Assembly (NCBI RefSeq): GCF_009914755.1
Contig: NC_060925.1
Length of the DNA: 64,000 nucleotides
From: the human T2T-CHM13v2.0 reference genome, Homo sapiens
Strand: one strand, 5' to 3'
Program-made: the position numbers and the translations under genes
Notes under the pieces: generated by a model
What the model saw: only the letters and a program-made list of their open reading frames with translations
The model's database searches: none
Told to the model about the DNA's origin: nothing
In this document: positions 44,750-58,299 of the stretch, in pieces
Layout: every line of letters starts with the position of its first letter
How positions within the stretch are numbered: the stretch's first letter is position 1

Positions 44750-47700
44750 ATGGAATCATCTAATGGAATGGAATGGAATAATCCATGGACTCGAATGCAA
44801 TCATCATCGAATGGAATCGAATGGAATCATCGAATGGACTCGAATGGAATAATCATTGAACGGAATCGAATGGAATCATCATCGGATGGAAATGAATGGA
44901 ATCATCATCGAATGGAATCGAATAGAATTATGGAATGAAATCCAGTGTGATCATCATCGAATGGACCCGAATGGAATCAACATCCAACGGAAGCTAATGG
45001 AATCAACATCGAATGAATCGAATGGAAACACCATCGAATTGAAACGAATGGAATTATCATGAAATTGAAATGGATGGACTCATCATCGAATGGATTCGAA
45101 TGGAATCATCGAATAAAATTGATTGAAATCATCATCCAATGGAATCGAATGGTATCATTGAATGGAATCGAATGGAATCATCATCAGATGGAAATGAATG
45201 GAATCGTCATAGAATGGAATCGAATGGATTCATTGAATGGAATCAGATGGAATCATCGAATGGACTGGAATGGAATCATTGAATGGACTCGAAAGGGATC
45301 ATTATTGAATGGAATTGAATGGAATCATCGAATGGTCTCGATTGGAATCATTATCAAATGGAATCGAATGGAATCACCGAACAGAATCGAATGGAACAAT
45401 CATCGAATGGACTCAAATGGAATTATCCTCCAATGGAATCGAATGGAATTATCAAATGCAATCGAATGGAATTATCGAATGCAATCGAATAGAATCATCG
45501 AATGGACTCGAATGGAATCATCGAATGGAATGGAATGGAACAGTCAATGAACTCGAATGGAATCATCATTGAATGGAATCGAATGGAATCATCGAGTGGA
45601 ATCGAATGGAATTATGATCAAATGGAATCGAATGTAATCATCATCAAATGGAATCAAAAATAACCATCATCAATTGGTATTGAATGGAATTGTCATCAAA
45701 TGGAATTCAAAGGAATCATCATCAAATGGAACCGAATGGAATCCTCATTGAATGGAAATGAAAGGGGTCATCATCTAATGGAATCGCATGGAATCATCAT
45801 CAAATGGAATCGAATGGAATCATCATCAAATGGAATCTAATGGAATCATTGAACAGAATTGAATGGAATCGTCATCGAATGAATTGAATGCAATCATCGA
45901 ATGGTCTCGAATGGAATCATCTTCTAATGGAAAGGAATGGAATCATCGCATAGAATCGAATGGAATTATCATCGAATGGAATCGAATGGTATCAACACCA
46001 AACGGAAAAAAACGGAATTATCGAATTGAATCGAAGAGAATCTTCGAACGGACCCGAATGGAATCATCTAATGGAATGGAATGGAATAATCCATGGACTC
46101 GAATGCAATCATCATCGAATGGAATCGAATGGAATCATCGAATGGACTCGAATGGAATAATCATTGAACGGAATCGAATGGAATCATCATCGGATGGAAA
46201 CGAATGGAATCATCATCGAATGGAAATGAAAGGAGTCATCATCTAATGGAATTGCATGGAATCATCATAAAATGGAATCGAATGGAATCAACATCAAATG
46301 GAATCAAATGGAATCATTGAACGGAATTGAATGGAATCGTCATCGAATGAATTGACTGCAATCATCCAATGGTCTCGAATGGAATCATCTTCAAATGGAA
46401 TGGAATGGAATCATCGCATAGAATCGAATGGAATTATCATCGAATGGAATCGAATGGAATCAACATCAAACGGAAAAAAATGGAATTATCGAATGGAATC
46501 GAAGAGAATCGTCGAATGGACCCGAATGGAATCATCTAATGGAATGGAATGGAATAATCCATGGACTCGAATGCAATCATCATCGAATGGAATCGAATGG
46601 AATCATCGAATGGACTCGAATGGAATAATCATTGAACGGAATCGAATGGAATCATCATCGGATGGAAATGAATGGAATCATCATCGAATGGAATCGAATA
46701 GAATTATGGAATGAAATCCAGTGTGATCATCATCGAATGGACCCGAATGGAATCATCATCCAACGGAAGCTAATGGAATCAACATCGAATGAATCGAATG
46801 GAAACACCATCGAATTGAAACGAATGGAATTATCATGAAATTGAAATGGATGGACTCATCATCGAATGGATTCGAATGGAATCATCGAATAAAATTGATT
46901 GAAATCATCATCCAATGGAATCGAATGGTATCATTGAATGGAATCGAATGGAATCATCATCAGATGGAAATGAATGGAATCGTCATAGAATGGAATCGAA
47001 TGGATTCATTGAATGGAATCAGATGGAATCATCGAATGGACTGGAATGGAATCATTGAATGGAATCGAAAGGGATCATAATTGAATGGAATTGAATGGAA
47101 TCATCGAATGGTCTCGATTGGAATCATTATCAAATGGAATCGAATGGAATCACCGAATAGAATCGAATGGAACAATCATCGAATGGACTCAAATGGAATT
47201 ATCCTCCAATGGAATCGAATGGAATTATCGAATGCAATCGAATGGAATTATCGAATGCAATCGAATAGAATCATCGAATGGACTCGAATGGAATCATCGA
47301 ATGGAATGGAATGGAACAGTCAATGAACTCGAATGGAATCATCATTGAATGGAATCGAATGGAATCATCGAGTGGAATCGAATGGAATTATGATCAAATG
47401 GAATCGAATGTAATCATCATCAAATGGAATCAAAAATAACCATCATCAATTGGTATTGAATGGAATTGTCATCAAATGGAATTCAAAGGAATCATCATCA
47501 AATGGAACCGAATGGAATCCTCATTGAATGGAAATGAAAGGGGTCATCATCTAATGGAATCGCATGGAATCATCATCAAATGGAATCGAATGGAATCATC
47601 ATCAAATGGAATCTAATGGAATCATTGAACAGAATTGAATGGAATCGTCATCGAATGAATTGAATGCAATCATCGAATGGTCTCGAATGGAATCATCTTC

Positions 47701-50700
47701 TAATGGAAAGGAATGGAATCATCGCATAGAATCGAATGGAATTATCATCGAATGGAATCGAATGGTATCAACACCAAACGGAAAAAAACGGAATTATCGA
47801 ATGGAATCGAAGAGAATCTTCGAACGGACCCGAATGGAATCATCTAATGGAATGGAATGGAATAATCCATGGACTCGAATGCAATCATCATCGAATGGAA
47901 TCGAATGGAATCATCGAATGGACTCGAATGGAATAATCATTGAACGGAATCGATTGGAATCATCATCGGATGGAAACGAATGGAATCATCATCGAATGGA
48001 AATGAAAGGAGTCATCATCTAATGGAATTGCATGGAATCATCATAAAATGGAATCGAATGGAATCAACATCAAATGGAATCAAATGGAATCATTGAACGG
48101 AATTGAATGGAATCGTCATCGAATGAATTGACTGCAATCATCCAATGGTCTCGAATGGAATCATCTTCAAATGGAATGGAATGGAATCATCGCATAAAAT
48201 CGAATGGAATTATCATCGAATGGAATCGAATGGAATCAACATCCAACGGAAAAAAACGGAATTATCGAATGGAATCGAAGAGAATCATCGAATGGACCCG
48301 AATGGAATCATCTAATGGAATGGAATGGAATAATCCATGGACTCGAATGCAATCATCATCGAATGGAATCGAATGGAATCATCGAATGGACTCGAATGGA
48401 ATAATCATTGAACGGAATCGAATGGAATCATCATCGGATGGAAATGAATGGAATCATCATCGAATGGAATCGAATAGAATTATGGAATGAAATCCAGTGT
48501 GATCATCATCGAATGGACCCGAATGGAATCAACATCCAACGGAAGCTAATGGAATCAACATCGAATGAATCGAATGGAAACACCATCGAATTGAAACGAA
48601 TGGAATTATCATGAAATTGAAATGGATGGACTCATCATCGAATGGATTCGAATGGAATCATCGAATAAAATTGATTGAAATCATCATCCAATGGAATCGA
48701 ATGGTATCATTGAATGGAATCGAATGGAATCATCATCAGATGGAAATGAATGGAATCGTCATAGAATGGAATCGAATGGATTCATTGAATAGAATCAGAT
48801 GGAATCATCGAATGGACTGGAATGGAATCATTGAATGGACTCGAAAGGGATCATTATTGAATGGAATTGAATGGAATCATCGAATGGTCTCGATTGGAAT
48901 CATTATCAAATGGAATCGAATGAAATCACCGAACAGAATCGAATGGAACAATCATCGAATGGACTCAAATGGAATTATCCTCCAATGGAATCGAATGGAA
49001 TTATCGAATGCAATCGAATGGAATTATCGAATGCAATCGAATAGAATCATCGAGTGGACTCGAATGGAATCATCGAATGGAATGGAATGGAACAGTCAAT
49101 GAACTCGAATGGAATCATCATTGAATGGAATCGAATGGAATCATCGAGTGGAATCGAATGGAATTATGATCAAATGGAATCGAATGTAATCATCATCAAA
49201 TGGAATCAAAAATAACCATCATCAATTGGTATTGAATGGAATTGTCATCAAATGGAATTCAAAGGAATCATCATCAAATGGAACCGAATGGAATCCTCAT
49301 TGAATGGAAATGAAAGGGGTCATCATCTAATGGAATCGCATGGAATCATCATCAAATGGAATCGAATGGAATCATCATCAAATGGAATCTAATGGAATCA
49401 TTGAACAGAATTGAATGGAATCGTCATCGAATGAATTGAATGCAATCATCGAATGGTCTCGAATGGAATCATCTTCTAATGGAAAGGAATGGAATCATCG
49501 CATAGAATCGAATGGAATTATCATCGAATGGAATCGAATGGTATCAACACCAAACGGAAAAAAACGGAATTATCGAATTGAATCGAAGAGAATCTTCGAA
49601 CGGACCCGAATGGAATCATCTAATGGAATGGAATGGAATAATCCATGGACTCGAATGCAATCATCATCGAATGGAATCGAATGGAATCATCGAATGGACT
49701 CGAATGGAATAATCATTGAACGGAATCGAATGGAATCATCATCGGATGGAAACGAATGGAATCATCATCGAATGGAAATGAAAGGAGTCATCATCTAATG
49801 GAATTGCATGGAATCATCATAAAATGGAATCGAATGGAATCAACATCAAATGGAATCAAATGGAATCATTGAACGGAATTGAATGGAATCGTCATCGAAT
49901 GAATTGACTGCAATCATCCAATGGTCTCGAATGGAATCATCTTCAAATGGAATGGAATGGAATCATCGCATAGAATCGAATGGAATTATCATCGAATGGA
50001 ATCGAATGGAATCAACATCAAACGGAAAAAAACGGAATTATCGAATGGAATCGAAGAGAATCATCGAATGGACCCGAATGGAATCATCTAATGGAATGGA
50101 ATGGAATAATCCATGGACTCGAATGCAATCATCATCGAATGGAATCGAATGGAATCATCGAATGGACTCGAATGGAATAATCATTGAACGGAATCGAATG
50201 GAATCATCATCGGATGTAAATGAATGGAATCATCATCGAATGGAATCGAATAGAATTATGGAATGAAATCCAGTGTGATCATCATCGAATGGACCCGAAT
50301 GGAATCATCATCCAACGGAAGCTAATGGAATCAACATCGAATGAATCGAATGGAAACACCATCGAATTGAAACGAATGGAATTATCATGAAATTGAAATG
50401 GATGGACTCATCATCGAATGGATTCGAATGGAATCATCGAATAAAATTGATTGAAATCATCATCCAATGGAATCGAATGGTATCATTGAATGGAATCGAA
50501 TGGAATCATCATCAGATGGAAATGAATGGAATCGTCATAGAATGGAATCGAATGGATTCATTGAATGGAATCAGATGGAATCATCGAATGGACTGGAATG
50601 GAATCATTGAATGGAATCGAAAGGGATCATAATTCAATGGAATTGAATGGAATCATCGAATGGTCTCGATTGGAATCATTATCAAATGGAATCGAATGGA

Positions 50701-51850
50701 ATCACCGAATAGAATCGAATGGAACAATCATCGAATGGACTCAAATGGAATTATCCTCCAATGGAATCGAATGGAATTATCGAATGCAATCGAATGGAAT
50801 TATCGAATGCAATCGAATAGAATCATCGAATGGACTCGAATGGAATCATCGAATGGAATGGAATGGAACAGTCAATGAACTCGAATGGAATCATCATTGA
50901 ATGGAATCGAATGGAATCATCGAGTGGAATCGAATGGAATTATGATCAAATGGAATCGAATGTAATCATCATCAAATGGAATCAAAAATAACCATCATCA
51001 ATTGGTATTGAATGGAATTGTCATCAAATGGAATTCAAAGGAATCATCATCAAATGGAACCGAATGGAATCCTCATTGAATGGAAATGAAAGGGTTCATC
51101 ATCTAATGGAATCGCATGGAATCATCATCAAATGGAATCGAATGGAATCATCATCAAATGGAATCTAATGGAATCATTGAACAGAATTGAATGGAATCGT
51201 CATCGAATGAATTGAATGCAATCATCGAATGGTCTCGAATGGAATCATCTTCTAATGGAAAGGAATGGAATCATCGCATAGAATCGAATGGAATTATCAT
51301 CGAATGGAATCGAATGGTATCAACACCAAACGGAAAAAAACGGAATTATCGAATGGAATCGAAGAGAATCTTCGAACGGACCCGAATGGAATCATCTAAT
51401 GGAATGGAATGGAATAATCCATGGACTCGAATGCAATCATCATCGAATGGAATCGAATGGAATCATCGAATGGACTCGAATGGAATAATCATTGAACGGA
51501 ATCGATTGGAATCATCATCGGATGGAAACGAATGGAATCATCATCGAATGGAAATGAAAGGAGTCATCATCTAATGGAATTGCATGGAATCATCATAAAA
51601 TGGAATCGAATGGAATCAACATCAAATGGAATCAAATGGAATCATTGAACGGAATTGAATGGAATCGTCATCGAATGAATTGACTGCAATCATCCAATGG
51701 TCTCGAATGGAATCATCTTCAAATGGAATGGAATGGAATCATCGCATAAAATCGAATGGAATTATCATCGAATGGAATCGAATGGAATCAACATCCAACG
51801 GAAAAAAACGGAATTATCGAATGGAATCGAAGAGAATCATCGAATGGACC
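44750..51850 (+). repeat. 3,552-bp two-unit tandem duplication
   Basis: Variant sets alternate with period 3552: AATCAACATCC (~44980/48532), CGAATTGAATC (~46027/49579), CGATTGG (~47954/51506), CATAAAATC (~48197/51749). Confidence 0.82.
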
Positions 51851-54800
51851 CGAATGGAATCATCTAATGGAATGGAATGGAATAATCCATGGACTCGAAT
51901 GCAATCATCATCGAATGGAATCGAATGGAATCATCGAATGGACTCGAATGGAATAATCATTGAACGGAATCGAATGGAATCATCATCGGATGGAAATGAA
52001 TGGAATCATCATCGAATGGAATCGAATAGAATTATGGAATGAAATCCAGTGTGATCATCATCGAATGGACCCGAATGGAATCATCATCCAACGGAAGCTA
52101 ATGGAATCAACATCGAATGAATCAAATGGAAACACCATCGAATTGAAACGAATGGAATTATCATGAAATTGAAATGGATGGACTCATCATCGAATGGATT
52201 CGAATGGAATCATCGAATAAAATTGATTGAAATCATCATCCAATGGAATCGAATGGTATCATTGAATGGAATCGAATGGAATCATCATCAGATGGAAATG
52301 AATGGAATCGTCATAGAATGGAATCGAATGGATTCATTGAATGGAATCAGATGGAATCATCGAATGGACTGGAATGGAATCATTGAATGGACTCGAAAGG
52401 GATCATGATTGAATGGAATTGAATGGAATCATCGAATGGTCTCGATTGGAATCATTATCAAATGGAATCGAATGGAATCACCGAATAGAATCGAATGGAA
52501 CAATCATCGAATGGACTCAAATGGAATTATCCTCCAATGGAATGGAATGGAATTATCGAATGCAATCGAATGGAATTATCGAATGCAATCGAATAGAATC
52601 ATCGAATGGACTCGAATGGAATCATCGAATGGAATGGAATGGAACAGTCAATGAACTCGAATGGAATCATCATTGAATGGAATCGAATGGAATCATCGAG
52701 TGGAATCGAATGGAATTATGATCAAATGGAATCGAATGTAATCATCATCAAATGGAATCAAAAATAACCATCATCAATTGGTATTGAATGGAATTGTCAT
52801 CAAATGGAATTCAAAGGAATCATCATCAAATGGAACCGAATGGAATCCTCATTGAATGGAAATGAAAGGGGTCATCATCTAATGGAATCGCATGGAATCA
52901 TCATCAAATGGAATCGAATGGAATCATCATCAAATGGAATCTAATGGAATCATTGAACAGAATTGAATGGAATCGTCATCGAATGAATTGAATGCAATCA
53001 TCGAATGGTCTCGAATGGAATCATCTTCTAATGGAAAGGAATGGAATCATCGCATAGAATCGAATGGAATTATCATCGAATGGAATCGAATGGTATCAAC
53101 ACCAAACGGAAAAAAACGGAATTATCGAATGGAATCGAAGAGAATCTTCGAACGGACCCGAATGGAATCATCTAATGGAATGGAATGGAATAATCCATGG
53201 ACTCGAATGCAATCATCATCGAATGGAATCGAATGGAATCATCGAATGGACTCGAATGGAATAATCATTGAACGGAATCGATTGGAATCATCATCGGATG
53301 GAAACGAATGGAATCATCATCGAATGGAAATGAAAGGAGTCATCATCTAATGGAATTGCATGGAATCATCATAAAATGGAATCGAATGGAATCAACATCA
53401 AATGGAATCAAATGGAATCATTGAACGGAATTGAATGGAATCGTCATCGAATGAATTGACTGCAATCATCCAATGGTCTCGAATGGAATCATCTTCAAAT
53501 GGAATGGAATGGAATCATCGCATAGAATCGAATGGAATTATCATCGAATGGAATCGAATGGAATCAACATCCAACGGAAAAAAACGGAATTATCGAATGG
53601 AATCGAAGAGAATCATCGAATGGACCCGAATGGAATCATCTAATGGAATGGAATGGAATAATCCATGGACTCGAATGCAATCATCATCGAATGGAATCGA
53701 ATGGAATCATCGAATGGACTCGAATGGAATAATCATTGAACGGAATCGAATGGAATCATCATCGGATGGAAATGAATGGAATCATCATCGAATGGAATCG
53801 AATAGAATTATGGAATGAAATCCAGTGTGATCATCATCGAATGGACCCGAATGGAATCATCATCCAACGGAAGCTAATGGAATCAACATCGAATGAATCA
53901 AATGGAAACACCATCGAATTGAAACGAATGGAATTATCATGAAATTGAAATGGATGGACTCATCATCGAATGGATTCGAATGGAATCATCGAATAAAATT
54001 GATTGAAATCATCATCGAATGGAATCGAATGGTATCATTGAATGGAATCGAATGGAATCATCATCAGATGGAAATGAATGGAATCGTCATAGAATGGAAT
54101 CGAATGGATTCATTGAATGGAATCAGATGGAATCATCGAATGGACTGGAATGGAATCATTGAATGGACTCGAAAGGGATCATGATTGAATGGAATTGAAT
54201 GGAATCATCGAATGGTCTCGATTGGAATCATTATCAAATGGAATCGAATGGAATCACCGAATAGAATCGAATGGAACAATCATCGAATGGACTCAAATGG
54301 AATTATCCTCAAATGGAATCGAATGGAATTATCGAATGCAAACGAATGGAATTATCGAATGCAATCGAATAGAATCATCGAATGGACTCGAATGGAATCA
54401 TCGAATGGAATGGAATGGAATGGAACAGTCAATGAACTCGAATGGAATCATCATTGAATGGAATCGAATGGAATCATCGAGTAGAATCGAATGGAATTAT
54501 GATCAAATGGAATCGAATGTAATCATCATCAAATGGAATCAAAAATAACCATCATCAATTGGTATTGAATGGAATTGTCATCAAATGGAATTCAAAGGAA
54601 TCATCATCAAATGGAACCTAATGGAATCCTCATTGAATGGAAATGAAAGGGGTCATCATCTAATGGAATCGCATGGAATCATCATCAAATGGAATCGAAT
54701 GGAATCATCATCAAATGGAATCTAATGGAATCATTGAACAGAATTGAATGGAATCGTCATCGAATGAATTGAATGCAATCATCGAATGGTCTCGAATGGA

Positions 54801-57800
54801 ATCATCTTCTAATGGAAAGGAATGGAATCATCGCATAGAATCGAATGGAATTATCATCGAATGGAATCGAATGGTATCAACACCAAACGGAAAAAAACGG
54901 AATTATCGAATGGAATCGAAGAGAATCTTCGAACGGACCCGAATGGAATCATCTAATGGAATGGAATGGAATAATCCATGGACTCGAATGCAATCATCAT
55001 CGAATGGAATCGAATGGAATCATCGAATGGACTCGAATGGAATAATCATTGAACGGAATCGAATGGAATCATCATCGGATGGAAACGAATGGAATCATCA
55101 TCGAATGGAAATGAAAGGAGTCATCATCTAATGGAATTGCATGGAATCATCATAAAATGGAATCGAATGGAATCAACATCAAATGGAATCAAATGGAATC
55201 ATTGAACGGAATTGAATGGAATCGTCATCGAATGAATTGACTGCAATCATCCAATGGTCTCGAATGGAATCATCTTCAAATGGAATGGAATGGAATCATC
55301 GCATAGAATCGAATGGAATTATCGTCGAATGGAATCGAATGGAATCAACATCAAATGGAAAAAAACGGAATTATCGAATGGAATCGAAGAGAATCATCGA
55401 ATGGACCCGAATGGAATCATCTAATGGAATGGAATGGAATAATCCATGGACTCGAATGCAATCATCATCGAATGGAATCGAATGGAATCATCGAATGGAC
55501 TCGAATGGAATAATCATTGAACGGAATCGAATGGAATCATCATCGGATGGAAATGAATGGAATCATCATCGAATGGAATCGAATAGAATTATGGAATGAA
55601 ATCCAGTGTGATCATCATCGAATGGACCCGAATGGAATCATCATCCAACGGAAGCTAATGGAATCAACATCGAATGAATCAAATGGAAACACCATCGAAT
55701 TGAAACGAATGGAATTATCATGAAATTGAAATGGATGGACTCATCATCGAATGGATTCGAATGGAATCATCGAATAAAATTGATTGAAATCATCATCGAA
55801 TGGAATCGAATGGTATCATTGAATGGAATCGAATGGAATCATCATCAGATGGAAATGAATGGAATCGTCATAGAATGGAATCGAATGGATTCATTGAATG
55901 GAATCAGATGGAATCATCGAATGGACTGGAATGGAATCATTGAATGGACTCGAAAGGGATCATGATTGAATGGAATTGAATGAAATCATCGAATGGTCTC
56001 GATTGGAATCATTATCAAATGGAATCGAATGGAATCACCGAATAGAATCGAATGGAACAATCATCGAATGGACTCAAATGGAATTATCCTCCAATGGAAT
56101 CGAATGGAATTATCGAATGCAATCGAATGGAATTATCGAATGCAATCGAATAGAATCATCGAATGGACTCGAATGGAATCATCGAATGGAATGGAATGGA
56201 ACAGTCAATGAACTCGAATGGAATCATCATTGAATGGAATCGAATGGAATCATCGAGTGGAATCGAATGGAATTATGATCAAATGGAATCGAATGTAATC
56301 ATCATCAAATGGAATCAAAAATAACCATCATCAATTGGTATTGAATGGAATTGTCATCAAATGGAATTCAAAGGAATCAATATCAAATGGAACCGAATGG
56401 AATCCTCATTGAATGGAAATGAAAGGGGTCATCATCTAATGGAATCGCATGGAATCATCATCAAATGGAATCGAATGGAATCATCATCAAATGGAATCTA
56501 ATGGAATCATTGAACAGAATTGAATGGAATCGTCATCGAATGAATTGAATGCAATCATCGAATGGTCTCGAATGGAATCATCTTCTAATGGAAAGGAATG
56601 GAATCATCGCATAGAATCGAATGGAATTATCATCGAATGGAATCGAATGGTATCAACACCAAACGGAAAAAAACGGAATTATCGAATGGAATCGAAGAGA
56701 ATCTTCGAACGGACCCGAATGGAATCATCTAATGGAATGGAATGGAATAATCCATGGACTCGAATGCAATCATCATCGAATGGAATCGAATGGAATCATC
56801 GAATGGACTCGAATGGAATAATCATTGAACGGAATCGATTGGAATCATCATCGGATGGAAACGAATGGAATCATCATCGAATGGAAATGAAAGGAGTCAT
56901 CATCTAATGGAATTGCATGGAATCATCATAAAATGGAATCGAATGGAATCAACATCAAATGGAATCAAATGGAATCATTGAACGGAATTGAATGGAATCG
57001 TCATCGAATGAATTGACTGCAATCATCCAATGGTCTCGAATGGAATCATCTTCAAATGGAATGGAATGGAATCATCGCATAGAATCGAATGGAATTATCA
57101 TCGAATGGAATCGAATGGAATCAACATCCAACGGAAAAAAACGGAATTATCGAATGGAATCGAAGAGAATCATCGAATGGACCCGAATGGAATCATCTAA
57201 TGGAATGGAATGGAATAATCCATGGACTCGAATGCAATCATCATCGAATGGAATCGAATGGAATCATCGAATGGACTCGAATGGAATAATCATTGAACGG
57301 AATCGAATGGAATCATCATCGGATGGAAATGAATGGAATCATCATCGAATGGAATCGAATAGAATTATGGAATGAAATCCAGTGTGATCATCATCGAATG
57401 GACCCGAATGGAATCATCATCCAACGGAAGCTAATGGAATCAACATCGAATGAATCAAATGGAAACACCATCGAATTGAAACGAATGGAATTATCATGAA
57501 ATTGAAATGGATGGACTCATCATCGAATGGATTCGAATGGAATCATCGAATAAAATTGATTGAAATCATCATCGAATGGAATCGAATGGTATCATTGAAT
57601 GGAATCGAATGGAATCATCATCAGATGGAAATGAATGGAATCGTCATAGAATGGAATCGAATGGATTCATTGAATGGAATCAGATGGAATCATCGAATGG
57701 ACTGGAATGGAATCATTGAATGGACTCGAAAGGGATCATTATTGAATGGAATTGAATGGAATCATCGAATGGTCTCGATTGGAATCATTATCAAATGGAA

Positions 57801-58299
57801 TCGAATGGAATCACCGAATAGAATCGAATGGAACAATCATCGAATGGACTCAAATGGAATTATCCTCCAATGGAATCGAATGGAATTATCGAATGCAATC
57901 GAATGGAATTATCGAATGCAATCGAATAGAATCATCGAATGGACTCGAATGGAATCATCGAATGGAATGGAATGGAACAGTCAATGAACGCGAATGGAAT
58001 CATTATTGAATGGAATCGAATGGAATCATCGAGTGGAATCGAATGGAATTATGATCAAATGGAATCGAATGTAATCATCATCAAATGGAATCAAAAATAA
58101 CCATCATCAATTGGTATTGAATGGAATTGTCATCAAATGGAATTCAAAGGAATCATCATCAAATGGAACCGAATGGAATCCTCATTGAATGGAAATGAAA
58201 GGGGTCATCATCTAATGGAATCGCATGGAATCATCATCAAATGGAATCGAATGGAATCATCATCAAATGGAATCTAATGGAATCATTGAACAGAATTGA

